The notes: generated from the letters alone by a model not told the origin. A stretch of 64,000 nt of DNA from Patescibacteria group bacterium (GCA_038064495.1 JBBTSZ010000002.1:280934-344933), one strand, 5' to 3'. Numbered from the stretch's first letter, positions 27,161 through 37,489 are shown. Program-made: numbers and translations.

Positions 27161-29827
27161 ATGAGCGCCAAAAAGAAAGAATCACACAAAGAAGCACACG
27201 CACAGCATGCCCACGCGGACGATTGGATTCGCGTGAAGGGTGCGCGTACCCATAACCTGAAAAACCTTTCCACTGAGTTTCCTCGGGGTGCCATGACGGT
27301 AGTTACCGGTCTTTCGGGTTCTGGAAAATCCTCGTTTGCCTTTGACACTATCTTCGCCGAGGGTCAGCGTCGCTATGTGGAGTCCCTTTCGGCCTACGCG
27401 CGCCAATTCTTGAATCAGATGCAGAAACCGGACGTGGACGAAATCACCGGACTTTCTCCTGCCATTTCAATAGATCAAAAATCACGTTCAAATAATCCAC
27501 GCTCAACGGTGGCGACCGTAACCGAGATTTACGACTATCTCCGCGTGCTCTATGCGCGCGCCGGCCAGCCCTACTGTACCGAGCACGATATACCGATTTC
27601 AAAACTCTCCAAGGAGGAGATGATAAATCTTATCTGGGCTCGCATCCGTGCAAAGTCGGGAGCAAAAGATGGGGAAGTCATGGGTGTACCGCTTGACCGC
27701 AGTCAGGTGGTTATTTACGCGCCGGTCGTGGTGGGACGCAAAGGTGAGTACTATCAGTTGCTGTACGACCTCTTGAGTAAAGGGTATGAAAAAGCCGTTA
27801 TTGATGGAAAACTCCATACGCTTCGTGAGAAAGTCGTGCTCGATAGAAACAAGCGTCATGACATTGATGCTCAGGTAGATTCCATCTTTGTCTCCGAGTT
27901 TGCGCGTACACCGGACCAAGCACGCGAGCGACTAAGTGAAGCACTGGAGCTTGCACTCAAAGAAAGCGATGGACTCGTGAAGATTCTCCACGCCGATGGC
28001 ACGCTTGAAACGCTTTCCGCAAAGTTTATCTGTCCGGAGGACGGCATTTCGTTCCCTGAGGTAGAGCCTCGTCTCTTCTCCTTTAATAGTCCCTACGGCG
28101 CCTGTCCTTCGTGTAATGGACTCGGAACGAAGTCCCTCTTCTCCGAAGAAATCTGCCCCGTCTGTGAAGGGAAGCGTCTACGCCCAGAAGCGCTCCGCGT
28201 CTACCTCTCGGGTAAGAAGAATCCAAAAATTAATAATGGTCTCGGCATCAACGTCGTAGATTTCACGAACTTCTCTATTGCTGAGGCGAAAGAGTTTATG
28301 GATCATCTGCAATTGTCCGAGATGCGTACCGAAATTGCGCGACCTATAGTCCGAGAGATCACGAGTCGCTTGGATTTCATGCTGAATGTTGGCCTGGACT
28401 ATCTCACTCTGAATCGTTCCGCCGCGACACTCTCAGGTGGTGAAGCACAGCGTATTCGTCTTGCCTCCCAGCTTGGCACCGGACTCGTGGGTGCGCTCTA
28501 CGTGCTTGATGAGCCAACGATTGGATTGCATCAGCGTGACAATGACCGCCTTATCAAGACCCTACTTTCATTGAAGGAGCTCGGTAACACCATTCTCGTG
28601 GTGGAGCACGATGAAGATACGATTTACGCATCCGACTACCTCATTGATATTGGTCCGGGTGCTGGTACGCACGGTGGCACGGTGGTTGCGTCCGGATGGC
28701 TTGAGGAATTACTTACAGCGCCCAAAAACGAATCGGGCAGCTCAACACTCGCCTATCTGCGTGGTGACAATGAAATAGCAATTCCTGAAGAAAGGCGTAC
28801 GAGTGAAAAAGGAGCGATTAAAGTACGTGGAGCCACACTCCATAACCTCAAAAATCAGAATGTAGATATTCCACTCGGTAAGCTCGTCTGCATTACGGGT
28901 GTGTCGGGGTCAGGCAAGTCCACCTTCCTCTACGACATTCTGCACCGGAACGTCGCTGCGCGCTTTGCAAAGCGTGAAGTGAAGCTGGAGCATGTTGCGT
29001 CCATGACGGGTACTGAGTATGTGGGCCGGGTGGTGCTCATTGACCAGTCACCAATTGGCCGTACGCCGCGCTCAAACCCAGCGACCTACACGGGAGCCTT
29101 CACGCACATTCGCGATTTATTTGCGGCAACCAGTGAAGCACGTGCGCGTGGTTGGAAGCCGGGCCGATTCTCGTTCAATGTGGCCGGAGGACGCTGTGAA
29201 GCCTGCCAAGGAAATGGGCAGATTGCGGTAGAGATGCACTTCCTCCCTACGGTGTATGTGGTGTGTGACGTCTGTAACGGCACGCGCTTCATGAAAGAAA
29301 CGCTTGAAGTGACCTATCGCGGTAAGAATATCTACGATGTCCTCCAAATGACCATTGAAGAAGCGGAAGTGTTCTTCAAAGATATTCCGGCAATAAACGA
29401 CCGGCTTGAAACCTTGAACTCAACGGGCCTTCAGTACCTCACCCTTGGTCAGTCAGCTACCACGCTCTCAGGAGGCGAAGCACAGCGCGTGAAGATCTCA
29501 TCTGAGCTGTATCGGCCCATCACCATGAAGACGCTCTACCTGCTTGATGAGCCGACAGTAGGGCTCCACTACGAGGACGTGAAGAAACTGATTGATATTC
29601 TGCAGGAGCTCGTCAGGCGTGGTAATACGGTGGTCGTGATTGAGCACAATCTGGACGTCATCAAATCTGCCGACTACCTCGTTGATTTTGGACCTGAGGG
29701 AGGAAATGGTGGCGGTAAGATAATTGCAAAGGGAACTCCGGAAGAGGTTGCGAACGTGGAAGGTTCGCACACCGGTACCTACCTCCATAAGCTATTGAAA
29801 AAGCATGGAAAAAAAGGCTCTAAGTAA
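27161..29827 (+). CDS. uvrA: excinuclease ABC subunit A
   Basis: Two ABC ATPase modules (GLSGSGKSS and GVSGSGKST), LSGGEAQR twice, and zinc-finger Cys pairs. Confidence 0.95.
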   Translation: MSAKKKESHKEAHAQHAHADDWIRVKGARTHNLKNLSTEFPRGAMTVVTGLSGSGKSSFAFDTIFAEGQRRYVESLSAYARQFLNQMQKPDVDEITGLSPAISIDQKSRSNNPRSTVATVTEIYDYLRVLYARAGQPYCTEHDIPISKLSKEEMINLIWARIRAKSGAKDGEVMGVPLDRSQVVIYAPVVVGRKGEYYQLLYDLLSKGYEKAVIDGKLHTLREKVVLDRNKRHDIDAQVDSIFVSEFARTPDQARERLSEALELALKESDGLVKILHADGTLETLSAKFICPEDGISFPEVEPRLFSFNSPYGACPSCNGLGTKSLFSEEICPVCEGKRLRPEALRVYLSGKKNPKINNGLGINVVDFTNFSIAEAKEFMDHLQLSEMRTEIARPIVREITSRLDFMLNVGLDYLTLNRSAATLSGGEAQRIRLASQLGTGLVGALYVLDEPTIGLHQRDNDRLIKTLLSLKELGNTILVVEHDEDTIYASDYLIDIGPGAGTHGGTVVASGWLEELLTAPKNESGSSTLAYLRGDNEIAIPEERRTSEKGAIKVRGATLHNLKNQNVDIPLGKLVCITGVSGSGKSTFLYDILHRNVAARFAKREVKLEHVASMTGTEYVGRVVLIDQSPIGRTPRSNPATYTGAFTHIRDLFAATSEARARGWKPGRFSFNVAGGRCEACQGNGQIAVEMHFLPTVYVVCDVCNGTRFMKETLEVTYRGKNIYDVLQMTIEEAEVFFKDIPAINDRLETLNSTGLQYLTLGQSATTLSGGEAQRVKISSELYRPITMKTLYLLDEPTVGLHYEDVKKLIDILQELVRRGNTVVVIEHNLDVIKSADYLVDFGPEGGNGGGKIIAKGTPEEVANVEGSHTGTYLHKLLKKHGKKGSK

Positions 29828-31103
29828 ATACGACCTCCCGCAAGTGCCGGGCGTCTATCTCTTCACCAAAGGAAAAGGGAAACAGAAGAAGGTGCTGTAT
29901 GTCGGAAAGGCCACGTCACTGCGTGACCGCGTACGCTCGTATTTTGATGACGACTTGATAGCAACACGTGGTCCGCGCGTGGTGGATATGGTCACGTCTG
30001 CAGACGGCATTTCCTATGAAACGACACCGACGGTGCTAGAAGCCCTTGTGCGGGAGGCGGCACTCATTCGCGAGTATGACCCACCAGCAAATGCCATGGG
30101 TAAGGATGACAAGAGTTTTCTCTATGCCGTTATCACGGACGAAATCATTCCACGTGTCCTTATGCTTCGTGGTAAGGATATTAATTTCGCTACAAAAACT
30201 GCAGGCGAGCTAAAACTTCGCGATATGCACGGACCGTTCACCTCAGGCACCCAGTTGAAGGAGGCTCTCCGACTTATTCGTAAAATATTTCCGTTTTACG
30301 ACACGGCTCGCCCCATTGTGCCGGACGCAACCGGAAAGAAAGGAACGGTTCAGGGTGCGAACAAACACCTGCAGGCAAAGGTGGAGTTCAACCGACAGAT
30401 AGGACAGTACCCTAAAGACATTGAGCGAAAGGAATATCTGCAGTCTATTAAGAATGTCTCGCTCTTTCTCTCGGGACAAGTGAAGACGCTTCGCACGAAG
30501 TTGAAGAAAGATATGAAGTCAGCGATTGCTGACGAACGCTTTGAAGACGCAGGCACGATTAAGCGCCAACTCTTTTCACTGGACCATATTCAAGATGTTT
30601 CTCTCATTCAGGAGGAGCACTCGCGAAAAAAGGATTCACCTCGCATTGAAGCGTATGACGTCGCGCACCTAAGTGGCACGAACGCAATCGGTGTCATGGT
30701 GGTCGTGGATGGTAGTGTTCCGGTGTGGAAAGAATATCGCTCGTTTCGCATACGCGGGAACGGAGGGAAATCACTCAATAATGATATTGCGTCACTCAAG
30801 GAAATCCTGGTACGCAGATTCGGACATCCTGAGTGGAATTATCCGCGCGTGATTGTGGTGGATGGGGGAACAACGCATAAAAAAGCAGCGACCGAAGTCC
30901 TCCGCGAGCTTGGTATTGAGATTCCCGTCGTTGCGATCGTGAAAGATGACAAGCATCGTCCGCGCGAGGTGCTGGGAGGGAAGTCAGTAACGATTTCTGA
31001 CGCTGACGCAGTGCTTGCTAACAGCGAAGCACATCGATTCTCAATTGCCTTGCACCGAAAGGCGCGAAATCGTAGTCTCATACAAAAAAGTGACAAAAAA
31101 TAG
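29805..31103 (+). CDS. uvrC: excinuclease ABC subunit C, short form (GIY-YIG, UVR and RNase H-like endonuclease domains; no C-terminal HhH2)
   Basis: GIY-YIG motif PGVYLF...VLYVGKATSLRDRVRSYF, a UVR-like segment FEDAGTIKRQLFSLDH, and an endonuclease region YDVAHLSGTNAIGVMVV. Only 432 aa. Overlaps the uvrA end by 23 nt. Confidence 0.8.
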   Translation: MEKKALSKYDLPQVPGVYLFTKGKGKQKKVLYVGKATSLRDRVRSYFDDDLIATRGPRVVDMVTSADGISYETTPTVLEALVREAALIREYDPPANAMGKDDKSFLYAVITDEIIPRVLMLRGKDINFATKTAGELKLRDMHGPFTSGTQLKEALRLIRKIFPFYDTARPIVPDATGKKGTVQGANKHLQAKVEFNRQIGQYPKDIERKEYLQSIKNVSLFLSGQVKTLRTKLKKDMKSAIADERFEDAGTIKRQLFSLDHIQDVSLIQEEHSRKKDSPRIEAYDVAHLSGTNAIGVMVVVDGSVPVWKEYRSFRIRGNGGKSLNNDIASLKEILVRRFGHPEWNYPRVIVVDGGTTHKKAATEVLRELGIEIPVVAIVKDDKHRPREVLGGKSVTISDADAVLANSEAHRFSIALHRKARNRSLIQKSDKK

Positions 31104-31195
31104 TACTGTGGTATAGTAGCTTTAGAACAAAAAGGGGAGTGAAGTATGCCCTACGACTAGCAGATGAACACATTTTTGCGACCATACTCAAACTA

Positions 31196-31226
31196 GGCCG
31201 GGACACCATGTCCCGGCCGCTTTTTA
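31196..31226 (+). terminator. rho-independent terminator downstream of uvrC
   Basis: 9-bp stem ggccgggac/gtcccggcc followed by gcTTTTTat. Confidence 0.65.
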
Positions 31227-31235
31227 TAGGGGTAT

Positions 31236-31270
31236 TGACAAATTACGCGACTAGTGTATAGTGTATACAG
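31236..31270 (+). promoter_or_regulatory. sigma-70-like promoter candidate
   Basis: TTGACA, then a 16-nt spacer, then TATAGT. Confidence 0.4.
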
Positions 31271-31274
31271 ATCG

Positions 31275-31573
31275 TCGCGCGCATGCGCTTATCGGGGAGA
31301 ACCGCCACATGCCGTATAAGTAGCTAGCGTAAAGGACATACGGGCCTCATCATCGTAATGGGTTGAAATGAAACCCTATTCGCCCGAGCATCGGCCTACA
31401 AAGGGGTCATATCTTAGAACCTCGTGAACTTATTTGACACTCTGGTGCTGCCGGAACCGTCAAAAAGAATCGCGATACCTGAGCTCCATGTACATCCACG
31501 CGCAAGCGCGCACTATGGCCAAAGACCACTACGGTGGCAAAAGGGGAACCCAAAAGGTTCCCCTTTCTCTTTT
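31275..31573 (+). ncRNA. candidate ~300-nt non-coding transcript (unidentified)
   Basis: Bounded by the promoter candidate at 31236-31270 and a strong terminator at 31542-31573 (aggggaacc/ggttcccct followed by a T-run). It contains several internal hairpins (gggtt-gaaatgaa-aaccc; gcgcgcaagcgcgc) and no convincing ORF. Confidence 0.3.
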
Positions 31574-31600
31574 ATATACGACGCCTGCTATACTTTTTTT

Positions 31601-32581
31601 ATGCGAGGCACAGTTGTTGGCGTACTGCGGGGTGGTCCTTCAAGCGAACATGACGTGTCGCTGAAAACGGGTCACGCCATCCTCACGAATCTTCCAGAAG
31701 ACAGGTTCACCATTCGGGATTTGTATATTGATCGGAAGGGCGTGTGGCACGAGCGTGGTACGCCAACCGCGCCTGAACGCGTACTCCCAACCCTTGATGC
31801 TGCACTCATAGGTTTGCATGGTGAATACGGAGAAGATGGAACCGTTCAACGGCTTTTAGAGCGCTATGGTGTTCCCTACGCCGGTTCGGATTCCCTTGCC
31901 TCATCCGTTGCGATGCATAAAGTGCTCACGAAGGAGCGAGCAAAAGAGGCAGGACTGCTCACTCCTAACTACCTCTACGTAGAAACAGAAGCAGATCTTG
32001 AACAGGCGGCTCACGCCATTGTTCGCACGTTTGCACAGCCAGTTGTCATAAAGCCAGTCGCTCTTGGTTCGTCAGTTGGTATTTCTATTGTGGGTGGGTA
32101 TGCGCCGGTGTATCGCGCAATTCAAACGCTCCTGCAAAAGGGAAGCGGAGTGTTAGTAGAAGAGCGCATCACGGGTACGGAAGCCACCGTGGGTGTCGTT
32201 GAACACATGCGCGGAGAAAGACTCTATCGCCTTCCTCCCGTAGAAATCATTCCGCCGTCCACTTCAGATTTTTTTGACGAAGCAGCGAAGTACAGTGGCG
32301 AGACAACGGAGCTGGTTCCGGGACGATTCTCAAAAGCAGTGAGTGACGAGTTGATGAAGAGTGCGGCACTCATGCACGAGGCACTTGGACTCAGGCATTA
32401 CTCACGAAGTGATTTCATCGTCTCGCCGAAAGGTACCTATTTCCTTGAGACGAATACCCTTCCAGGCATGACCACAGAGTCCCTTCTACCGAAATCGCTC
32501 GCTGCGGTTGGGATTCGATTCCCTGATTTCCTAAGTCACCTTGTTGAGCTCTCGCTCGGTCGCATTCCACCCCATGTCTGA
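31601..32581 (+). CDS. ddl: D-alanine--D-alanine ligase
   Basis: Shows VLRGGPSSEHDVSLKTG, an ATP-grasp region (GEDGTVQRLLE) and YRLPPVEIIP. Start taken at the Met preceding the conserved N-terminus. Confidence 0.85.
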   Translation: MRGTVVGVLRGGPSSEHDVSLKTGHAILTNLPEDRFTIRDLYIDRKGVWHERGTPTAPERVLPTLDAALIGLHGEYGEDGTVQRLLERYGVPYAGSDSLASSVAMHKVLTKERAKEAGLLTPNYLYVETEADLEQAAHAIVRTFAQPVVIKPVALGSSVGISIVGGYAPVYRAIQTLLQKGSGVLVEERITGTEATVGVVEHMRGERLYRLPPVEIIPPSTSDFFDEAAKYSGETTELVPGRFSKAVSDELMKSAALMHEALGLRHYSRSDFIVSPKGTYFLETNTLPGMTTESLLPKSLAAVGIRFPDFLSHLVELSLGRIPPHV

Positions 32582-32912
32582 AAATCTTGCACAGAAGAAA
32601 TGTGTCCCGTGCGAAGATGAGGATTTTCCTGCACTTACACCTCCCCAGGCAAAGGATTTCATGGAGCATGTTCCTCTCTGGAGCTTGAATGAGGACAGCA
32701 CAGAACTGTTTCGGGTTTTCCGGTTTAAGGATTTCAAAGAGGCACTTGCGTACACCAACGAGATTGGGGAAGTTGCAGAGGAAGAGGGTCACCATCCTGA
32801 CATTAGTCTTGGCTGGGGGAAGGTTGAGGTGCGCCTTACAACGCATAGTATTCACGGACTTAGTGAGAATGATTTTATTGTCGCAGCTAAGATTGACCTA
32901 CTGGAAAACTAG
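32574..32912 (+). CDS. pterin-4-alpha-carbinolamine dehydratase
   Basis: Shows EALAYTNEIGEVAEEEGHHPDISLGWGKVEVRLTTH. Confidence 0.8.
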   Translation: MSENLAQKKCVPCEDEDFPALTPPQAKDFMEHVPLWSLNEDSTELFRVFRFKDFKEALAYTNEIGEVAEEEGHHPDISLGWGKVEVRLTTHSIHGLSENDFIVAAKIDLLEN

Positions 32913-32947
32913 ATAGCCATTATGGTATAGTGCCCTAGTCCAGAAAT

Positions 32948-33020
32948 GGGCCGTTAGCTCAGTTGGTAGAGCACCTCATTTGCAATGAGGGGGTCGCAGG
33001 TTCAAATCCTGTACGGTCCA
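32948..33020 (+). tRNA. tRNA-Cys (GCA)
   Basis: Cloverleaf read by eye: acceptor gggccgt/acggtcc (G3-U70), D arm gctc...gagc, anticodon stem cctca/tgagg with loop tttGCAa, T arm gcagg-ttcaaat-cctgt. CCA is not encoded. Confidence 0.8.
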
Positions 33021-33063
33021 CACGTGTCAAGGCGTCATTTTGTGCGCCTGACGCCCAATCCCC

Positions 33064-33714
33064 ATGAACGATTCAGAATTGAAAGCTCTGGAAAATACCT
33101 ACAAAGAAGTCTCATCTCTTAGAGATGAGTTCTTCCTCCATCGCGCCCAAACCGCAACAGCGTTATTACAGAGTCAGTTACAATTCCTTCAGGGGTTGGC
33201 CACAATAATTCTGGCTTTTATTGCCATTCTTGTAGCAACCAAATCATTTGAAATTAATCTTTGGTACTTTCTTTCTGGTGGAATTGCCTTTGTGCTTGTT
33301 TTATATACGTTTACTTTTATTAGAGAGTCAATAGATTCAGTAGATGAGGACATGAGACAAATTGATAATAAGCTTGAGATTGCAGAGAAGGAGGTGATTT
33401 CTAAGATTAAGGAAGCAATACGAGTGAACAACTACAACGTGATGTCGAACTACGCGAAGGACAGAATTGAGGCCTTGCAAGTAGAAATGGACCTATCCTA
33501 CGCTGGAGAAATATCCATGTTCCTATTTTTTTCTAGTTTATTATTTTGCATCATAGCTATTCTTAAGTCATACCAAATCTTCAGTCTGATTGATCAGAAC
33601 CAGGTATGCATTGTCATAGGTGTGCTAAGCACTGCAATATTATTCTCCGCTAACTGGAACTTGAAGCTTACACGCTCTATCTCGAGGCTTCTACAAATCA
33701 AGCTCTGGGCTTAG
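33064..33714 (+). CDS. AT-rich membrane protein (3-4 TM), hypothetical
   Basis: GC is clearly below the surroundings. Hydrophobic helices. No homology recognised. Confidence 0.4.
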   Translation: MNDSELKALENTYKEVSSLRDEFFLHRAQTATALLQSQLQFLQGLATIILAFIAILVATKSFEINLWYFLSGGIAFVLVLYTFTFIRESIDSVDEDMRQIDNKLEIAEKEVISKIKEAIRVNNYNVMSNYAKDRIEALQVEMDLSYAGEISMFLFFSSLLFCIIAILKSYQIFSLIDQNQVCIVIGVLSTAILFSANWNLKLTRSISRLLQIKLWA

Positions 33715-33931
33715 GCGACTTCTCCAGATTCCTTCTGCCACTCCTTCTTCAGTCTCTCTGCCGTTCGTATCCGGTTAGCTTTCTCAATATTTTGCCATCC
33801 AGAATTTCTCTTGCGCCGCGGAATGTAGAGGAGTTCAGATAGCTCGATTTCTTTCTCTTTATCGCCTATGCGCTTGATGAGCTCGCGCTTAGATTCCTTA
33901 GAAGTTCGAACTGCGGCATGATGCGGTCCAC

Positions 33932-33976
33932 AAAAACAATGAGGCCACTCCGCAAGGAGTGGCCGATTCTGTTTTT
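33932..33976 (+). terminator. bidirectional terminator hairpin
   Basis: Perfect 9-bp stem ggccactcc/ggagtggcc with GCAA loop, flanked by an A-run upstream and a T-run downstream. Confidence 0.55.
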
Positions 33977-34169
33977 GTAGGTCCGTACAGGATTTAAACG
34001 TCGGAGCGGGGACCCAATCAGCAGAGTGGGTCGCGAGACGGTGCCCAGAGCTGCCGCGAGTGGCGACGAGCGTCAGACTCGCGGGCAAAAGCGTACTCGC
34101 GTTCCGGTACGGTCCACATTAGTTCACAAAGGCAAAGATTCCGTCATTCTGTATTGGCACGCTTAGATT

Positions 34170-36506
34170 TTGGGAGGTTCTAATCTTCTCGTGGACATTC
34201 CATTCCTAGTGCGGGATTATGAAGGAATGAAAGGGATTATCGCGTGGCTCAAGAGACTTTTGCCTTCGAAGAAAGAGGAGGCTCAACCAGTGAGTGAGTC
34301 GGCTGGCTCCATTATGCCAGAAGCTGAGGAAAAATCGACCTATTCCGCAGATAAGCCAATAGAAACGATCGATCAAGACCGTTTCAACCGATGGGCTTTT
34401 GCAAGGCGAATTGCGGATACCCTCTCCACACGCACTGATCCAAGTAGTGTCGTTGTTGGCGTGTACGGACCTTGGGGAGATGGAAAGACCTCAGTCCTCA
34501 GACTGATGGAGATTGCACTCGCAAATCACCCCAAGATCATTCCTGTTCGCTTTAATCCGTGGTACTTCGGTTCACAGGAGCAGTTACTGCAGGGTTTCTT
34601 TAAGACGGTTGCAGAAGCGGCAGGAAAATCCCTCGTTCATAACGGAGAAAAGTTCGGCAAGTTTCTAGAACAATATGGCTCCTTGCTGTCGCTAGCGTCT
34701 CTCAGTCTCAGCGGTGGGATAGTGTCGGTCGGTTCTGGAGGAGAAGCGGCAGTTGGTCTAGGTAATGCACTTTCTACAGTCGATTTGGATAAACGACGCG
34801 AAAGACTCGAGAAAATCCTCGAAGAAACCGACAAGCGTATCATCGTGATGATTGATGACATCGACCGACTTGATCAGGATGAGATTCATGCAATCTTTAA
34901 GCTCGTAAAACTATCAGCTGGTTTCAACCGAACCAGCTACGTACTTGCTCTAGACGACGAAATGGTTTCCGGAGCTTTGAGTAAGAAATACGGAAGCGGG
35001 AATGCACAAGCCGGTCGAAATTTCTTGGAGAAGATAGTACAAGTCCCTCTACACGTACCGGCGGCTGATGAGATTGAACTCAGGCGAGTTACTCTCGAGG
35101 GCGTCGATGCCGCATTGAAGCTCAGCGAGATAGAGCTGTCTCAGGAACAAGCAGACACATTCACGAGACACTTTGTTGATGGTATTGAAGAGAGAATTCT
35201 CACTCCTCGACAAGCAAAGTTGTACGCAAACGCCATAACATTTGCTTTGCCGATCCTCAAAGGCGAAGTGAATCCAGTCGACCATATGCTCATCGAAGGT
35301 ATTCGGGTGTTTTACCCGAAGCTCTATGTCGTCATACGTGAGAACCCCAGTTTCTTCCTAGAAGCTCCGAGAGACGAACAAAGAGGTGACGTACAACGTC
35401 AGCGAATACATACCTTGATCGACACGGCTCTAAAAGAGGCTGGTATCGAGGATCCTGTGCATGTAAAGGATCGCTTGATCAAACCGATGTTTCCTCGTGC
35501 GATAGGTAACGTTTCGTACGGGTCTGAGTGGGATAAAACATGGGCAAAAGAACAGAAAATCTGCTCGTCCGAATACTTCAAGCGCTATTTCCAATACAGC
35601 GTTCCTGCAGGAGATGTACCCGATCTCGCCACAGAAACCTTCCTCAAAGACATAGGCACGAAAACAGACAGTGAGATAGACGAAACAATCATGAGTTTTA
35701 GCGGGAAAAATGGACTCGCTTCGCTCGTGAAGAAGCTACGCAATAAGGAGACAACGATTGATCCCGATATCGCGCCGAAACTAGCACTAGGTTTTGCTCG
35801 GGCCGGAGCATTTGTGCCGCGAGAGAAAGCAATGTTCTCAGACTGGAGCTTCTCCCAAGCAGCAATATTAGTTTCAGCACTTGTTAAAAGGGTGCCGGCC
35901 GGGAAACGACGAGATGACCTTGCAAGAGAACTTATGCGGAGCGCTACACCTCTCGCCTTCGCCTTTGAGTGCTTACGTTGGCTGGGAAAAGATCCGGAAG
36001 ATAAAGACGATGATCGCGTCCTTTTGGAAGCTATGGAAAAGGAAATAGGAGCGATACTTGCAGAGAGAATTAAAGAAGACGCCGCAAAAGGTCCCTTGTA
36101 CAAAACCTATGGGAGCGATACTCCACGTCTATTCTGGGCATGGCATCACTATGGAAACCAAGCGCAAGTAAAAAAGTACTTGGAGGATAGTTTCGACGCT
36201 CAACCGAACGATGTATATGACTTTCTAGATACGTATGTTGGCGTGAGTTGGGGTATCGAGAACGGTCTGCCAAGCAGATCGGAGTTTCAGAGAGAAAGCT
36301 ACAACAGCATAGAAAAGATGATCTCTCCTGATTTTATTATGGCGAAGCTCCGCATTCAGTTCGGTAGCGAGCTGGATAATCCAGAATATTACCAAACGAA
36401 AGATACTCCAATTCAAAAACAGCTTGCTCACCAGTTCGCTATCTGCCACAGCAAAGCTGTGAGTGAGCGTAAACCTCCCGATCCTCCCAAGAGTCCACTA
36501 GCTTAA
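34170..36506 (+). CDS. KAP-family P-loop NTPase with ~450-aa C-terminal extension
   Basis: Shows DQDRFNRWAFARRIADTL, Walker A GVYGPWGDGKTSVL, and Walker B IIVMIDDIDRLD. The tracker start is TTG at 34170; ATG at 34227 (MKGIIAW) is an alternative. Confidence 0.8.
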   Translation: MGGSNLLVDIPFLVRDYEGMKGIIAWLKRLLPSKKEEAQPVSESAGSIMPEAEEKSTYSADKPIETIDQDRFNRWAFARRIADTLSTRTDPSSVVVGVYGPWGDGKTSVLRLMEIALANHPKIIPVRFNPWYFGSQEQLLQGFFKTVAEAAGKSLVHNGEKFGKFLEQYGSLLSLASLSLSGGIVSVGSGGEAAVGLGNALSTVDLDKRRERLEKILEETDKRIIVMIDDIDRLDQDEIHAIFKLVKLSAGFNRTSYVLALDDEMVSGALSKKYGSGNAQAGRNFLEKIVQVPLHVPAADEIELRRVTLEGVDAALKLSEIELSQEQADTFTRHFVDGIEERILTPRQAKLYANAITFALPILKGEVNPVDHMLIEGIRVFYPKLYVVIRENPSFFLEAPRDEQRGDVQRQRIHTLIDTALKEAGIEDPVHVKDRLIKPMFPRAIGNVSYGSEWDKTWAKEQKICSSEYFKRYFQYSVPAGDVPDLATETFLKDIGTKTDSEIDETIMSFSGKNGLASLVKKLRNKETTIDPDIAPKLALGFARAGAFVPREKAMFSDWSFSQAAILVSALVKRVPAGKRRDDLARELMRSATPLAFAFECLRWLGKDPEDKDDDRVLLEAMEKEIGAILAERIKEDAAKGPLYKTYGSDTPRLFWAWHHYGNQAQVKKYLEDSFDAQPNDVYDFLDTYVGVSWGIENGLPSRSEFQRESYNSIEKMISPDFIMAKLRIQFGSELDNPEYYQTKDTPIQKQLAHQFAICHSKAVSERKPPDPPKSPLA

Positions 36507-36608
36507 GAAAATGTGTTGGTCTGGATTGAATCAAGGAAGTTCTAAGATCCCAGAAACCTCTCTTGAGATAGAACTTTTACATATGAGGTAGTTGAGTATA
36601 ATTATCAC

Positions 36609-37103
36609 ATGAATATGGAAGCAGCAGGAGGCAGGCGAAATCTCGAAAAGCGTGAGTCAGAAGAGGCAGAACCTTCTCTTCCGACCGACCCAATTGAGGC
36701 AGCGGCTTGGCTAGAAGAAATTTGGAAGGGAGGCGGGGGATGGGAGGGCCAGCATCCGTTGCGGTTAAAAGTGAAAGATCCCAAAGACTATCAAGAATTG
36801 TCAGAAGAAGAAAAGAAAGAATTTAATAAACTAGGGAAGCAATTTACATGGCTCGCTGAAATGCATCGTTCAGAGATGTCGTGGTCACAATCATATGCTC
36901 ATACTAATTACGGTGAGGTAGTCGGCTTTCGCTTTGGCTATGAGACACCGGAAAATCCTGAGGACGATATTCCGGAAGCGTACATCTATCGTCCTTTTGA
37001 TGAAAAGCAGCCTAAAGTTTTCGTAAGTAGGGCGAGTAATGGGTGGAAAGTAGAGCCTCTGGAAGCGGTGGCAGAAAGCTACGCAAAGAATTTTGACTAC
37101 TAG
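36609..37103 (+). CDS. hypothetical acidic protein
   Basis: 164 aa with no recognisable domain. Downstream of the KAP NTPase. Confidence 0.4.
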   Translation: MNMEAAGGRRNLEKRESEEAEPSLPTDPIEAAAWLEEIWKGGGGWEGQHPLRLKVKDPKDYQELSEEEKKEFNKLGKQFTWLAEMHRSEMSWSQSYAHTNYGEVVGFRFGYETPENPEDDIPEAYIYRPFDEKQPKVFVSRASNGWKVEPLEAVAESYAKNFDY

Positions 37104-37150
37104 ATCTCTGCTCGTTCATATTTAGAATGAAATCTGTGCCTGCAGTAGTT

Positions 37151-37180
37151 TAAAAAAAGCCCCGCCATTCCGGCGGGGCT
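37151..37180 (-). terminator. minus-strand terminator
   Basis: Stem agccccgcc/ggcggggct followed by seven T on the minus strand. Confidence 0.6.
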
Positions 37181-37187
37181 TGATAGT

Positions 37188-37361
37188 TCATTGCTGCCGA
37201 GACCGGGCGAGTTGTCTCTCGACGACCAACTGAACTTGAAGATTAACTGGCTCGATCCTTTCTCGCCGGCCTTTCTTGACCGTCCGATATCCAATTTGGT
37301 CGCCTCGGGCGATCATACTCGCGATTTCGTCATTACTGAGCTCCCGGGAAGGTGTGCCCAT
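37188..37361 (-). CDS. small basic protein (57 aa; start uncertain)
   Basis: ORF terminates just upstream of the 37151-37180 terminator. ATG preceded by GGAG at 7 nt. Confidence 0.3.
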   Translation of the reverse strand: MGTPSRELSNDEIASMIARGDQIGYRTVKKGRRERIEPVNLQVQLVVERQLARSRQQ

Positions 37362-37489
37362 TCCTCGTCTCCAACCAACGACGGACAAAGTCATCCGTGT
37401 CGAATAGGGTAATACACCATCAAGTAATAGCAAATACAGCAGTTGGAAACAAAAAGCCGCCCGCGGACAGCTTTCCGTAGGCGGCGTAC

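Noticed and set aside
31275-31573. Identification of the candidate ncRNA as RNase P RNA, tmRNA, SRP RNA or 6S RNA
   Set aside because: I could not find the conserved RNase P CR-I/CR-IV motifs, a tmRNA tag reading frame or tRNA-like ends, or the SRP domain IV motif. Left as unclassified.
31424-31664. Extended ddl N-terminus (31424 start) and the 76-aa ORF at 31434
   Set aside because: The conserved Ddl N-terminus begins at the Met at 31601. The upstream stretch overlaps a strong terminator and looks non-coding.
33990-34060. Possible tRNA-like sequence (ggtccgtacaggatttaaacg...) upstream of the KAP gene
   Set aside because: No canonical T-loop (TTCRANT with C56) or acceptor pairing could be built. 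Probably a chance resemblance.
33711-34088. 125-aa minus-strand ORF between the AT-rich membrane gene and the KAP NTPase
   Set aside because: It contains the strong bidirectional terminator hairpin (33932-33976) in its middle. It has no ATG downstream of that hairpin and no SD. Treated as non-coding intergenic sequence.
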